Source: Candidatus Kapaibacterium sp. (GTDB taxonomy: Bacteria; Bacteroidota; Ignavibacteria; Kapaibacteriales; UBA2268). From it: DNA of 64,000 nucleotides. The DNA lies in the NCBI GenBank assembly GCA_963664875.1, contig OY761611.1, positions 1,376,001 to 1,440,000 of the forward strand, in the 5' to 3' direction. Below are positions 62,857-64,000 of this stretch, piece by piece. Each line of letters opens with the position of its first letter. The first letter of the stretch is position 1. Position numbers and translations under genes: made by a program. The notes beneath the pieces are model-generated. The model made no database searches and was not told the origin of the DNA. It worked only from the letters and a program-made list of their open reading frames with translations.

Positions 62857-64000
62857 CTATCTGCCTTCGTTCATCAATTCTTCGATTTCATCAGAGTCAG
62901 CCGGAATTGTTTCCATCAAGTCAACAGGGCCGTTTTCTGTTACTAAGATGTCGTTTTCGATACGAATACCGATGCCTTCTTCAGGGATATAAATACCCGG
63001 TTCGCAGGAGAATACCATGCCCGGTACCAATTTTTCCTGTTTGAAGCCAAGATCATGCACGTCTAAGCCCATGAAGTGAGAGGTGCCATGCATGTAATAT
63101 TTAAAGAATAACGGACTATTAGGGTCTTGGTTTTTCACTTCTTCCGCAGTGAAAAGCCCCAACTTAATCATCTCCTCTTCCATAAGTCCGCAAACTTCCT
63201 TATGGTACTCGTCGATAGTAGCCCCAACAACTAATTTAGAAATAGCTTGTTTCATTACACCTCTTACCGAATCATAGCAAGCTTTTTGTCTTTCTGTAAA
63301 TTTACCATTTACAGGTATAGTACGGCTCAAATCTCCGGCATAGTTAGCATACTCAGCACCAAAGTCAAGCAAAAGAAGATCTCCGTCTTTACATTCTTTG
63401 TCGTTTTCTACGTAGTGAAGCACGCAAGCTGATTCGCCGGAAGCAACAATCGGATTATAAGAGTGACCTGTTGCTCTGTTACTTAAAAACTCATGTATAA
63501 TTTCAGCTTCAACTTCGTACTCCATAACTCCCGGTTTCACGAATTTAAGCAATCTGCGGAACGCTTTTTCTGTGATGTCGCAAGCTTCTCTCATCAAACC
63601 AACTTCGATAGGAGATTTGGAAACTCGGATTTTGTGCATGATTTTCGCAGCACGGTAGTACTCATGCAAAGGCCATTTAGATTTGATTTCATTGATAAAT
63701 CTTATATCGCCATACTGCACATTTGTAGCAAAGCGGATATTCTCGTTAGTGTTCATATAAACACCGTCGCAATTTGCCATTAAGTCAGCCATTACGCTAT
63801 CAAACTGCTCCAACCAGTAAACAGTTTTAATACCCGATACCTGAGTAGCTTCAGGCTTAGAATATTTTTTGCCATACCAGCGAGCCATATAGTCGTTAGT
63901 TTCCTCTACGAAGAGCACTTCGCGTAGATTTTCCCTTGTGCAGTCAGGGAAGATAACAAGAATGGATTTAGACTGATCAATACCGCTAAGGTAGAACATA
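62857..64000 (-). CDS. pepP: Xaa-Pro aminopeptidase (aminopeptidase P), 5' end outside window
   Basis: CVLHY, LLDFGAE..NYAGDLSRT, HGTSHFMGLDVHD, EPGIY, GIRIENDI. Confidence 0.93.
   Translation of the reverse strand, partial: MFYLSGIDQSKSILVIFPDCTRENLREVLFVEETNDYMARWYGKKYSKPEATQVSGIKTVYWLEQFDSVMADLMANCDGVYMNTNENIRFATNVQYGDIRFINEIKSKWPLHEYYRAAKIMHKIRVSKSPIEVGLMREACDITEKAFRRLLKFVKPGVMEYEVEAEIIHEFLSNRATGHSYNPIVASGESACVLHYVENDKECKDGDLLLLDFGAEYANYAGDLSRTIPVNGKFTERQKACYDSVRGVMKQAISKLVVGATIDEYHKEVCGLMEEEMIKLGLFTAEEVKNQDPNSPLFFKYYMHGTSHFMGLDVHDLGFKQEKLVPGMVFSCEPGIYIPEEGIGIRIENDILVTENGPVDLMETIPADSDEIEELMNEGR

Overview
Chromosomal window from an AT-rich bacterium, probably FCB group (Ignavibacteria/Ca. 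Kapabacteria-like; inferred from TAnnTTTG promoter boxes, a T9SS-type sorting domain and the tmRNA tag ANENYALAA). Positions 1-19761 look like the right part of a genomic island abutting the 3' end of tmRNA. It carries a primase + AAA helicase module with an iteron-like origin, an interference-only type I-B CRISPR-Cas operon (cas6-cas8b-cas7-cas5-cas3; no cas1/2/4), a 53-repeat/52-spacer array broken twice by the same 1192-bp ISAs1 element, and an excisionase-like HTH gene. Main observation: both IS copies sit after nucleotide 20 of a repeat, and the 9 leader-proximal repeats are chimeras of 20 nt of the original repeat plus the first 10 nt of the IS end. A transposon end appears to have become part of the CRISPR repeat and been copied through 9 later acquisitions. 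Also seen: a degenerate mini-array whose short spacer matches the cas6 upstream region next to a CCA PAM (CreR-like autoregulation), an rrn-type boxA in the leader, and ~100-bp direct repeats bracketing the whole CRISPR-Cas block. The rest is housekeeping (tmRNA, tpx, clpC, thiolase, ychF, groESL with CIRCE, two tandem rRNA operons, rpsF-rplI without rpsR, S1-domain protein, pepP). All calls are by eye; no database searches were run.
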